This document shows positions 23,621 to 34,599 of a DNA stretch of 64,000 nucleotides, in pieces. The notes below the pieces were generated by a model. That model saw only the letters and a program-made list of their open reading frames with translations. It made no database searches and was not told the origin of the DNA. Both the position numbers and the translations under genes were made by a program. The number at the start of each line of letters is the position of its first letter. Position 1 is the first letter of the stretch. The stretch covers positions 2,430,844 to 2,494,843 of the forward strand of contig MU057711.1 in NCBI GenBank assembly GCA_013265495.1, in the 5' to 3' direction. Origin of the DNA: Vicugna vicugna. Lineage: Eukaryota.

Positions 23621-24075
23621 TAGGAGTTTGTTGTTTTTATGTTAATATTCACCCTTGCTTCTTCTGGTAAAAACCTCCTTATTTTCGCTGGGGAAACCGC
23701 TCCTCCTCCAAACTCAGTCTATGTAGTCTGAGTGGGACTGACTTCACACTCAGATCTAGGGCATGGCATGTGACCCCGTCCTAAGCTAACCATATACCAT
23801 CCCTTGACCACAGGAAGTGGTTCAAGGATGGCCCTGTGTCTCAATTTGGGCCAATAAGTGTCAGGCCCACTCTTTTTGTAAGATGAGTTAGGGAAAGGGA
23901 ATTCTATTTTCCTGTAGACTTAGGGAGCTTTGGGTGCCCCCTTGAGGCAGAATGGAGTCACGCAGAAGAAAGCAGAGCAACAGAGGGAGAGAGTAAGTCC
24001 TGACACCATCATTGGAGCTCCTGAATCCACATACCCTTGGACGTTGCAGGTACCCGAGACCATGAATTTGAGTTG
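23620..24075 (+). mobile_element. MaLR solo LTR (MLT1K-like)
   Basis: gcatgtgacccc...tggttcaaggatggccctgtgtctcaatttgggccaat...tcctgacaccatcattggagctcctgaatcca. Confidence 0.55.
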
Positions 24076-24739
24076 ACAAGAGTCTTGAGACTCATGCAGC
24101 TGCAGTGACACACTGTATGAGTGCCTGTGTGTGCTCAGAAGAAAGGGAAAGAGCAAAGGAGAAAGGAGTGGTCATGGCCTCAGTCCTTGAGAGGTTGGTG
24201 GCACCACCAGCAGGGACTGGGCATTTGGGAGAAGCCATTTTTGAGGGAAGGTGCAGGATCCACCAGGATCCAATATACTAGCATGAACCAAAAGTGGCTA
24301 ACCATTTCTCCACTGTCAGGAGAAAGAAGGATATTCCAAGAGACCATGTTGATTTTGAGGGCTTGGCTGCCAGCAAAATCCATCCTGGGCCAGAGGTGGT
24401 TTCACTCACTGGCTCTGAGGCCCATGGTTTACTGACTGCTCACCGGTGAGCACTTCACTTATGCAGAATTGAAACAACATTTTTCTTTCTGCTTTAGTCA
24501 GAGTTCTCTGGGCAATTATGTGAACCAGAAACTCCATTCTTCAGAAGTCATTGGCGAAGTGAAAATAGCAGGAGATTGAGTAGGCTAAAGACCAGTGTAC
24601 ACACCCTGGCTCTGCAATGCTCTGTCTTGGTGATCTTGGGCAGATACTTAGCTTGAAAGATGAGTCAGAGTCTACGAGGTGAAAAAGAGATGAGAAACAT
24701 TATAGGCAGAAAAACCGGCTGGTGGTCAGGGTGAGAGGG

Positions 24740-24965
24740 AGGTGGGTAAGTCACAGGTTCTAGAGTCAGCTGGACCAGCATTCTCATTCTGGCTCAAGTG
24801 GATGACCTTAAGGCAAGTCCCTCAACCTCTCTGTGCCTCAGTTTGCTCATCTGAAAAGTGGACCCAATGATGTCTCTCTTGTAAGGCTGATATGAAGATT
24901 ATTGGTGGAACTTTTCTATAAAGTGTTTGGCATGTAGTTGGTGTTCAGTAAAGTCTTAATGTTAT
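24740..24965 (+). mobile_element. MIR SINE
   Basis: ggcaagtccctcaacctctctgtgcctcagtttgctcatctgaaaagtgg. Confidence 0.75.
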
Positions 24966-25029
24966 TATTTTAAAATTATTTATTATTATTTCTCAAGGGA
25001 TGGAAGCATGGCGGAGCATGAGGGGGTGT

Positions 25030-26220
25030 TTATTAGTCAGTCTCTTTTCAATTGCAAATAAAAGAAACCCAAATCAGACTGGCTTAAGGAAAAAAACAAA
25101 GGAAGTTGTTGGTTCACGTGAGAGTAAAGTCTAATGAATTTCAGACATGATTAGATCCAGAGGCTCAAATAATATTACCAGGATACTGTCTATCTCTCCA
25201 TTTTTTGGCTCTGTTTTCCACGGTATAGGTTCCATTTCAGGGGTGTGCTGGAGCCAATTGTAAAACATTCAGGAATTTTGGGCAGTGTTGTTAAATCATT
25301 GGTAGCATGAAATTGGCCATGGTGGGAGTATTTATGTCACGGAAATTGGCAAATGCTGCAGACCAGGGCTTGATTGCTTTCCTTCTTTCTTTTTCTCTTC
25401 CTTCCTTCCATTTCCTTTTGTTTCTTTTCATTTCCTTTCCCTTTCTTTCTTTTCTTTTCTCTCATCTTTCAGGCGAGCTAGTTCAACCAGCACACAATGG
25501 CTCTGTTCTCTAGAAGCCCCTTCCCTTGTAGTGGCGAGATGGCTGCCCACAGCAACTAGTTGACGTCCCACCACCCACACAACCCTATTGGGAAGCAAGT
25601 ACCTCTTCTCCAGGAGTTCCAGAAAATGTCCCAGGATTGGGTCTCATTGGCCTGGCTTGGATCACATGCCCATTTGTGAAATAGCGACTGAGACCAGGGT
25701 GCCAGGGCACAGAGTATACTAATGGGTGCACATCCTTTTTGGAGCTAGGAGATGGGGCCAGCTCTCCCCAAACCCTGTGGGTGGGGATGGTTCCCTATCG
25801 TAACAAACAACCACAGAACCTTGTAGCCTGCAACAGGAAGTGTTTATTGCTTGTGTATCTGCGGTTTGGCTGGAGGCTTTGCTTCAGGCAGGGTTATCTG
25901 AGGCAGTTAGCTGGGACGCCTCTCTTCCCATTCTTTTTCCTCCTCCTGGGACAAGCTGACCAGCTCAGAATGCCCTTCTCAGGGAGACAGCAAAGGCACA
26001 AGACAAGAAACAGTGATGCTGTCTCAAGGCCTAGGCTCAGATTGGGCACACCGTCAGTACTGCTTTACTCTGTTGCCCAGAGAAAGTCACAGGACTATAT
26101 CCAGATTCCAGAGACATGGGAAGGTACACTTGGCTTCTTTAGTGAGATAAACTATGAAGTCTTATGGTGAAGGTTTAGATGTGGAGACGAATTGGGACCA
26201 CTGAAACAACTTAACTCCTT
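25030..26220 (-). mobile_element. MaLR LTR pieces (MLT1K-like, then a second MLT1), interrupted by MER63
   Basis: ttgcaaataaaagaaacccaaatcagactggcttaagg...ggctcaaataat...tctcattggcctggcttggatcacatgccc; second element ends aattgggacc. Confidence 0.55.
25241..25498. mobile_element. MER63-family hAT-Blackjack element
   Basis: gtgtgctggagcc...ttggtagcatgaaattggccatggtgggagtattta...ggaaattggcaaatgctgca...accagcacac. Confidence 0.8.
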
Positions 26221-26237
26221 CCCTAAAGAAAACCGAT

Positions 26238-26372
26238 GGGCGGTAGGGTATAGCTCAGTGGTAGAGTGCGTGCTTAGCATGCACAAGGTCCTGGGTTCAA
26301 TCCCCATTACCGCCATTAAAAAATAAATATATAAATAAATAAACCTAATTAACCCCCCCCAAAACAAAAAAA
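26238..26372 (+). mobile_element. Vic-1-like SINE
   Basis: gggtatagctcagtggtagagtgcgtgcttagcatgcacaaggtcctgggttcaatcccc, then taaataaataaacctaatta and an A tail. Confidence 0.92.
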
Positions 26373-26634
26373 GCCAATCAAGGTGATGTCAACAACAGAA
26401 AGAGAATGGTTATTGAGTGGCTATAAACAATAGATGTCCATTGAGGGTCTTGGGGAGGGTGGGGGATGTATGTGGCTGTGCTGAGTATGTAGGGGGGAAG
26501 GAGGGCCTGGAGGAGGGGAGGCTGGAGTAGAAATGTAAGGACTGGAAAAGGGCCTGCTGCTGTCTCTGTGACACCACCCTGTGAGCTAGGTGACTGTTCT
26601 TGGTCTCCAGACTCAGGGGAGCTGATTTCCTTTT

Positions 26635-27250
26635 TGTTTCACCAGAAGCAAATACTGAGCAAGGTTAATTTACTTGGGAGGTGATGCCAAGAAACACTTA
26701 CAGGGGAGTAGGAAAATGAGCAGTGCTGAGCTGGTAAACTGGCTCTTTGGAAAAAAAAACAAAAACAAAAACATCCTGATTTCTAGTGTCTGCCAATTTT
26801 CATGGTGTAAAGGTTCCCACTGTAGTTGACTTCAAGCTACTGGTGTGGTGCAACTGAATGAGGAGCTGGGAAGAGATGAGGAGAAAGGGTTCTTATGAGC
26901 TGGTCTGAGCTGAGTTCAGCACTCCAGATGGCAGGGAGAGGGCATATAATCAAGCCAGCTGCGACAATGAGCCCTTGGAGCTGGGTACCACTGGGACTGC
27001 CGGAAGTGGTGTGAAGCACAGGCCTCTGCATTACCCCATCGGGGCAAAGGGCTGGGGTGCCCACCCACCAGTTCCCTGTCCATTGTTGGTTTGGGCTGTT
27101 CCCTTGGGTATAGTAATTCTCGGGCACTTCCGGACAGGGCTCTGGTTGCCAGAGGAAGAGGTACAAGGGCTAGAAGTTGCAAGTTGTGCCAGCTGGTGTG
27201 GAAATGGTAAGGTCTGCTATGGGGGCTGCTGGCAAGTTGCCAGCAGAGAG
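26635..27250 (-). mobile_element. ERVL LTR16 solo LTR, interrupted by MER63
   Basis: ccagaagcaaatactgagcaagg...ttacttgggaggtgat...ttggtttgggctgttccc...gcacttccgg (reverse of LTR16 landmarks). Confidence 0.7.
26721..26925. mobile_element. MER63A-like element nested in LTR16
   Basis: cagtgctgagctggtaaactggctct...cctgatttctagtgtctgccaattttcatggtgtaaa...ttcaagctac...gagctgggaagagatg. Confidence 0.8.
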
Positions 27251-27642
27251 TGAAGTGTCCAACAGGCCAGGCTCCAGGGACCCCCACCAGCTTCCGGACC
27301 TCCTTCTCCCCCAGCATCCTACTCCTTCGTTGAAAGCAACCTTACTTGTTTCCCTCAAGCAAGAAATGGAATGAACATCCTTAATATTTTCAATGACACC
27401 ATTTTGCTGTTCTCTGGACATGGAGGTGTTTCTCTGGAATATTTCCCGATGTGTCTCTGGGCTTCTGTCTGGTCCTTGATGGGGTGGGAATAGGGTCATA
27501 TTATGTTTATTTCTTGCTTTTTCTCATTCCCTCGGATGTTTCCTTCTTGTGGTTGGGGAGTTTGGAGAAAATATTCTTTTTTTTAATAGTGAAAAATCCA
27601 TTCATTTATTGGGAACTCACTGATTTGGGTGATTTGCTCCAT

Positions 27643-28078
27643 ACAGCAGACATGGTGGGTGCCCTGCCCAGATGCCTTGGCCATTCCCAGCTCCCAACGC
27701 TGGCTTCTCACCAAAGAACTGTGCAACTCTCTGAGCTGGTTCTCTGAATGCAGGAGGGTGACAGCCCCATGTGGGACAGGCCTGGAGTGTCCCTGGAGTA
27801 GCCCCTTTCATGGAGGACTGCTGGGAAATGGGATGAATCTCTCAGCTTTATCACCCTTTGGGTGGGCCACCCTCAGGCAGGTCCCAGGAGTCTGGTTGGG
27901 AGTGAACTCCTTTCACTCACAGTGATCACCTGCTCAGTAACCTATCCTGTATTGGCTGCCTTCTCTTGCTCACTTCCCCACGTCCCTACTGGTGCTTCCC
28001 GGGACCACTTCCCTGATAACCTGCTTCCCTGATAAGTCTTATCTCAGGCTCTGCTTTGGGGGAACCCATTCTGGGACA
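27643..28078 (+). mobile_element. ERVL LTR16 solo LTR
   Basis: cagcagacatggtgggtgccctgcccag start; tattggctgccttc...cacttcccca...tctcaggctctgctttgggggaaccc end. Confidence 0.75.
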
Positions 28079-28305
28079 CAGTGTGTCCCTCCTCTTGGCT
28101 TCTGATCGAGACGAATCTGTTGGCATTAGAGCTGTGTCTGATTGTACCTTTCCCCACTCCCCCAGGGCTTGGCACAGTATGAAGGGCTCGCCAGGGTTTC
28201 AACATTGGTCAAGGAATCAATGTGAAAATCCAGATCCAAGGAGGCATCAGCTAAGGGCTGAAGGGAAGATAGAGACAGTGGGGTCTACAGGTGCCACGTC
28301 CTCTT

Positions 28306-28508
28306 TTTTTTTTTTAATTGAGGTATAATAGATTTATATAACACACAATGTTGTGTTAATTTCTGGTGTACAGCATTCAGTTATACACATATAGTTATAT
28401 ATATTCTTTTCATATTCTTTTTCATTATAGGCTATCTGAAGCTATTGAATATAGTTCCCTGTGCTACACAGTAGGACCTTGTTGTTTATCTATTCTGTAT
28501 ATAGTAAT
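28306..28508 (-). mobile_element. Young truncated L1 3' end
   Basis: Poly(T), then aatttctggtgtacagca...tattgaatatagttccctgtgctacacagtagg; flanking duplication gtcctctt. Confidence 0.85.
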
Positions 28509-28519
28509 TGCTGTGTCCT

Positions 28520-29200
28520 CTTAAATCTGCATGCCCAGTCACCTGTCTCCTGAGCCCCAGACCCATGCATCCAACCAGAGGTCTCCACCTGGACCCTCAA
28601 ACTCAAAATGTAACTTATCATCCCCCAACCTCCTTGCCTAGCATGCCTCCTCTCAGGCAGCGAAGACAGACACTGGCACGAACCCCTCTCTCCCTTGTCC
28701 ACACAGGGTCTGGTTTTGGTCCTCTTGTGCATCCTTCCCAAAGCTTTCCACACTTCTCTCCATCTCCCCTGACACCTCTCAGGCCCCTGCCAGCATCCGC
28801 TCTCACCTCCAGTCTTGCAACCCTGCAACCTCTCCTTCTGAAGCAACCTTGGCCACTTAGCTCCCTGCCGGAAGTCCTTGGCTGTGGCTCCGCATCTTGG
28901 TGAAGAGAAAACTCAAACTCCTTGCTGTGGCCTAACAAAGGCCCCATGGGAGCTGGTCGCAGTCCAACCTTCAGGCTCCATGCACCCTGACTCCCACAGG
29001 GCAGAACTGCCTTCAGTTCCTTAAACTCGCTTTCTTTTAGCTGCTGGCTTAAACCAGGCTTTCTCTCTGCCCCGATATGTGCCCCCTCTTCCCCTGGCTG
29101 ACCCTGAATCATCCTTTATCTTTAGCTTAAATGCCACTTCCACAGAGCGGATGCCTCTGGATGCCTGGTCTGGATTATGGGAGCCTGTTTTCTCATGAAC
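28520..29200 (+). mobile_element. L2 LINE fragment
   Basis: acctgtctcctgagccccagacccatgcatccaac...ctcaaactcaaaatgt...tttagcttaaatgccacttcc. Confidence 0.6.
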
Positions 29201-29559
29201 CCCTGTGGTTACATAGATCCCCTGAATTTGAACCTTATTTAATCACATTGCTCTCATGAAAGGTAAATGCTGTTTGGGCCGCTTCTGATCTGTTTCTGGC
29301 TGTATCCCTGGCCTGCGGGGGTGCGTAGCAGTGTCTGAGAGTGACTTGGGGAGCAGAAGGGTGACTTCTTGGGCCTGGCCTGGTGGAGAGCGTCTGGAGA
29401 GCTCGGCTCTAGTTCTAGACAGAACTTTCACTTGGCGGCCTTTGTGTTCCCCATGCCATCTTATTCAGGTCCATAACGGGAAAAGAGGGGTGCGCAGGAT
29501 GGTGAGAGATGGCAAGGAGGAGGGAGGGAGGGCGGGAGAAGAAAGGAAGCCCTAATCCG

Positions 29560-30200
29560 TGGCCCAGAAGAAATGAACATCTCCAAGTTTCCCACATCCC
29601 TCATCTAAGTAGGTCACACGGAAGAACTCGGAGTTCCTGTCAAAGTTTCAGGCAAAAACAATAACTTGGTTTTGACCTTGCTCTCTTCAAAAAGCAAGTT
29701 GCTGCTGAGCTGCAACATCAAAAAGAATAAATAATTGTTTTTCTTTTTTGTTGTTATGATATGGATCATCTGAGCGGTTAGTGGTAAGCAAGCGGCTTTG
29801 ATTCGACTCTGGCTCCCCAGCGCTCCAGCCTCTCTTTATGTCAGCAGGCTCCTGTTTCCACCCCAGGATAGCAGAATCCCTTGATTAAATTCATATTTGT
29901 TTTAATCTTTCCCTGTGTCTGATCTCGAGCTCAAAGATGGTCAGGGAAAAAAAAGCCGGCTGCCCTGCTGCGGCCACGGGGAGGGCCCGTGTCAGGCCCC
30001 ACGCTGTTTGTTCTGTCCGGCGCGATAAGGCAGCCAGCCCGCGGTGCCCGGCCATGCCCACCGTGCCGGCCCGGGTGCCCGTGCTGCTGCTGGCTGCTGG
30101 GACGGCCCACTGAGCCGCTGGGCTGCGGGGGAGGGCGACGAGGGTGGGGGACCAGGCGGCTGGCAGCACTGGCCACAGCCTCCCGTTGGCCCCTCACACT
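29560..30200. promoter_or_regulatory. Candidate conserved enhancer B with adjoining small CpG-rich island
   Basis: Repeat-free; TCF/LEF CTTTGAT 29796-29802, TCAAAG at 29640 and 29931, ACATCAAA 29715; nuclear-receptor half-sites AGGTCA and TGACCT; CpG-rich 29955-30190. Confidence 0.55.
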
Positions 30201-30544
30201 GGACTTGGAGCTCTGGAATTCTCTTTAAACATTTTAAAGCTGAAAAAAGTATGGCTCTTAAGTGCGCAGAATGGAGTTTATCACCCTGCTCAGGTCGTAG
30301 CAGGCTACTATTGCTTGCATGTGTTTTACACCCCATCTTTCATCCCTGCCCCCCACCCCCGATTCTGCCAGCATGGAGGCAGCTTTCCCACATGTTGGGT
30401 AAATACCCTTAAATACATGATGCTGCTTTTTACATTGATGTGTGTTTCTTTTTTTAGTGTGGTAAAATACACATAACATAAAATGTACCATTCTAACATA
30501 TGTGATTTTAATATGTAGAGAAGTATTATGTTCTATATCATGAA

Positions 30545-30780
30545 GCAGTCAAGTGTTCAGGCTCTGGGCTCAAACTGCCTGACTTCAAAACGCCAGCTTT
30601 GTCACTTCGTAGCTGCTACTTAGCCATTTGGTACCTCGGTGTCTCCATCTGTGAAATGGGATGATATATTTGTTTCCACATTGTGGACCTGTCTGGAGGG
30701 TTAAATGAGGTAATATTTAAAAAAACACTCAGATCACTACCTGGCCTGTGTTAAATGCTCAGAAAGTGCTAGCTATTTTT
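30545..30780 (+). mobile_element. MIR SINE
   Basis: caggctctgggctcaaactgcctg...cctcggtgtctccatctgtgaaatgggatgat...ttaaatgagg. Confidence 0.75.
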
Positions 30781-31021
30781 ATTATTCTATTTCTCATTTT
30801 TTGTTTTCTATCACTTAGCCCAGTATTTTTGAGACCCACCCATACTGCTGTATGTGCATCTGTTTCCTTGTTTTTAATTGTGTTCCATAAAGTGTATTGC
30901 CTACATTTTACTTTTTGATTCCCTGGAGGTGGACACCTAATTGTCAAAGTGGCAGTGAGCATCCCTCGCAGACCAGTGGCAGGATTTCTGCCCCCAGGAG
31001 TGGGGTCCCTGGGTCCTAGGT

Positions 31022-31218
31022 CAGGGGCTGGCCAACTTTCCATAAAGAGTGAGATAGTTAATATTTTTGGCTTTGTTGCAATTACCCAACTCCGCTGTTG
31101 CAACACTAAAGCAGCCATAGGTCATACGTAAATGAATGTGCATGGCTATGTTTTAATAAATCTTTATCTACAGAAACAGGGGCTGGCCAGGTTTGGCCTG
31201 CAGGTCTGCAGACTCCTG
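31022..31218. mobile_element. MER58A-like hAT-Charlie MITE
   Basis: caggggctggccaactttcc...aaagcagccatagg...taaatgaatgtgcatggctatgttttaataaa...actcctg. Confidence 0.85.
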
Positions 31219-31519
31219 CACCGGGTCATAAGCAGGCCTGATGTTGCTGAATGCCTCCAGTTGCTCTCAGATTGGCTACAGTCCATTCTCCTGTCAGTAA
31301 TGCCCACGTCCTGCTAATATAATTCTCCAAGTCATTGATTCGGAGGACAAGGAGGTGCCAAGGGGGTCCATGCCTCTGCCCTCAGCCTCTGGCTGCCTCT
31401 CCTGCCCTCATTCTCTGGCTGCGACTTTCTTTCACTGTGAGGTTTGGGCTGTTCACATCTGTTGGCCGAGAAATTTAAGTTAATATATCCCTGGATCATT
31501 TGAACCATTGTCACTGCCA

Positions 31520-31730
31520 ATTACTGGTTGCCAGGTGCTGTGCTAAGCACTTTACATGTGTTAGCCCCTTTGGTAATCCCAACGACCCTGTGAAGTGGGT
31601 ATGACCAGAATTTCCTTTTCCAGGTGAGGAAACTAAGGCTCAGACAGGTGGAGTGACTTGCCTAAGGTCACACAGCTAGAACAAGTTAGAGCCAGCACAC
31701 AAAACCACATCTGTTCAATGCCAAGTCGAA
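31520..31730 (-). mobile_element. MIR SINE
   Basis: tgccaggtgctgtgctaagcactttaca...gaggaaactaaggctcagacaggtggagtgacttgcctaaggtcacacagcta. Confidence 0.85.
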
Positions 31731-32214
31731 TTCCACTCTAATCCCTCTCACTGATGTTCTGTGGGGAAGGCTGGGCCCGGCAGAGGAAGGTCCAGGAAGC
31801 TTGAGCTGGGGCTCATACATGAAGAGTGCTTAGCACAGCATCTGGCACACACAAATGGGAGGTGGGAGGGCGCAGAGCAAGAAGGGGAAGGAGCTGATAG
31901 CACACTTGGCTCCGACGTGCCCAGTGGAGACAGGGAAATTTCTGGCTGAGGAGCCAGCTCTGGCAGTTCTGATACTCAGGCCCACGCTGGAAAATTCCTT
32001 GGTGGCATCAGAAACCTGAGACCTAGGCCAGCCATGAGGGAGGGCCTTGGGCCAGAAAGGGCAGAGGCTCAATCACACGTGCCGTGTTGAGGAGCGAGGT
32101 TGTGTCTGGACCACCTTGGACCTCTGTGGTTAGTGCTGTGCCTGGTGTTTAATGAGGAGAAGCAAGTAAGTTACTTGAACATGAAATAATTAAAAGCGAT
32201 GGTTTCCATCCATT

Positions 32215-32940
32215 TTTAAGAAAGTAATGCTTTATTGACTTGTAATATACCTAGAGAAAAACACACAAATCATTTGAGTATGATAAATTTTTACAAAGTG
32301 AACAAACCCATTAGCACTTAGATCAAGAAAGAGAGTTTCACCAGTACCCCAGAAACTCCTTTCATGTCCCGTCCCAGATACCTTTCACTCCACTGGCTTC
32401 TAAGAGCATAACTTAGGTTTGCTTGGTTATGAACTTGAACTTTTTACAAATGGAATCATCAGTGAGCATTCTTTTGTGTTTGGTGTCTTTTGAGCAATAT
32501 CATGTTTGAGATTCATCCATGTTGTTGGTTGGGTGTATTTATTTGCTTATTCTCTTTGCTGAAGAAGAATTGCATATATATATATATCATGCAATGAAAT
32601 ACATATCATATATATACATATATATATCTCATCCCCATTATATACATATATACTGTACGTGTGTATATATATTTTATTTATATATATATGTCACAATTTA
32701 CTTTATCCATTCTACTGTTGCTGGGCATTTAGGTAGTTTTCCTTTTTTGGGGCTATTTTACATAATGCATCTATGAACATTCTTGCCTGGGTCTTTTGGT
32801 GGCCACATGCATGAATTTCTATTGGGTACATATGTAGGCATAGAAGAGCAGAGTCTTAGAGGAGCAAATGTTTAGCTCTAGGTAGATACTGCCCGACAAC
32901 TTATATTCCCATCCCAGTGCATGAGAATCCAGTTTGCTTG
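32215..32940 (-). mobile_element. Old L1 (L1ME-like) 3' fragment with TA-rich low-complexity insert
   Basis: ttttacaaagtgaacaaaccc...atgtttgagattcatccatgttg...atccattctactgttgctgggcatttagg; (TA)n-rich 32575-32690. Confidence 0.75.
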
Positions 32941-33129
32941 TGGCTGCATTAGGGCTGGTAACCAGCTGAGCTTTCAGGTGTTCTGAATATCCTTCAGCCT
33001 CACCAGCCTGTGGGTTCAAATGAGGTCACCCTAACGTGTCCAGTGGACTTTTTCTGATTGGACAGCTCCCCTCTTCCCACCTTCCTCCACAGAACTATGG
33101 ATACTAAGACAGTGCACTTGTCAGTCACT

Positions 33130-33345
33130 AATAATGACAACGTTTACTGAGTACTTGCTATTACTACGTGGTACAAGAATGAGTTGATTTAATCCCTACA
33201 ACCACCCTTTGAAGTAGGAACCCTTAATAGCATCCCATTTTACACAGGAGGAAATGGAGACATAGAGGGGGGAAGTTACTCGCTCAAAGATATACAACAG
33301 GGATGTGGCAGTGCTGATGCTAAACTCCATGAAGGCTGTCTTAAG
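33130..33345 (-). mobile_element. MIR SINE
   Basis: acgtttactgagtactt...atttaatccctacaacc...cccattttacacaggaggaaatggagac. Confidence 0.7.
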
Positions 33346-33499
33346 AGCCTCTCTCCTTGATGCTTCTCTCGCACGGCCTCCTTGCTCAGGCTTCCTATGC
33401 CATGGCCTCTGGCCACCACTTCTGCCTCTCCTGGGGCCTCCATGAAAGCCACACTCTCACTGTTCTGCTCAGGCAGCTGCCCTCCATGTATTGTGTGCC

Positions 33500-33848
33500 T
33501 TTTATTTATTTATTTTTTGTATATATATTTTTATTGAAATTTACAATGTTGTGTCCATTTCTGGTGTACAGCATAATACTTCAGTCATATAGTAACATAC
33601 ATGGATTCTTTTTTACAATCTTTTAAACCATAAGTTACTACAAGATACTAAATATGGTTCCCTGTGCTATATAGTATAAACTTGTTGTTCATCTATTTTA
33701 TATATAGTAGTTTGTATCTTCAAATTCTTGAACTCTCAATTTATCCCTCCACACCCTCTTCCCTCACCCCATAACCAAAAGTTTGTTTTCTATGTCTGAG
33801 TCTGTTTCTGTTTTGTCAATAAGTTGGTTTGTCTTTTTTTTTTTTTTT
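33500..33848 (-). mobile_element. Young truncated L1 3' end
   Basis: ttacaatgttgtgtccatttctggtgtacagca...gttactacaagatac...tttgttttctatgtctgagtctgtttctgttttg. Confidence 0.85.
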
Positions 33849-34599
33849 CCATATGTCTTTAGGCCACTATCTGGGGCTGATCCAGGCCACCCTTCTCTGG
33901 CTGTCCTTAGGCTGCCACCTGGTGAGCTGCTGTGCTCAGGTTCCACAGGAAATGGGTAGGGGAGTGGCCCTGGCCCGAGTTGGAGGGAGCCCACAGCAAG
34001 TTGCTCAAGCGCTGGGTGTCTTGGCTCTTGTTGCCATGATCACTGGCTTGGAAGGAGCTTGAATAAGAGCCAGCGGGCCAGGAACCATTATTCCTCTCCC
34101 ACTTTCAGGCCCAGTTGCCAAGTTTGTCATAACATCAGACTTTTCTTCCTTTAGGAGGATTAGTATTTCGGAGCCCCAGTTCAGCCTGGGTTCTGGTTTC
34201 ATGCAACAGACACAGGAGATGGCGAACTTAAGCCCAAGAAGAATGGAAGGGAAGGATGTTGGGTGTCTCGGTCTTCTGAGTAAAGGCCAGACTCCAGGAA
34301 CAACGGATGCTCTTTCAAAATAGGAAGGACGTTTAGAATCTGGGTAGGGAGGATTGAAAGAGAGGAAGAGAGAGAGAGGGAGGGAGAGACTTCTTTCGTC
34401 CGTATTTGGTATTTGCCACAACCCCCTCAGCCTGTTAACAGGCTGAGTATGTCTGATCCTGGATTCTGGCCCTCTCCTAGAGTGGCCTTCAGCCCTTACC
34501 CTGACCCCATGTAAATAGCTGACACAAATTGGAGGACCAGGAAGGCTGCTGCAGGCCTCCCCGGGTGCTGCAGTATACCCTTAGTAAGTTCCCATTTTG

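Noticed and set aside
26238..26312. tRNA gene (tagctcagtggtagag...gggttcaatccc)
   Set aside because: tRNA-like head of a SINE: followed by an AT-rich tail and present in six diverged dispersed copies, most with TSDs
29891..30412. Coding first exon in the CpG-rich patch (signal-peptide-like ctgctgctgctg run)
   Set aside because: No convincing Kozak ATG plus splice donor or homologous peptide; overlapping ORFs are explained by high GC content
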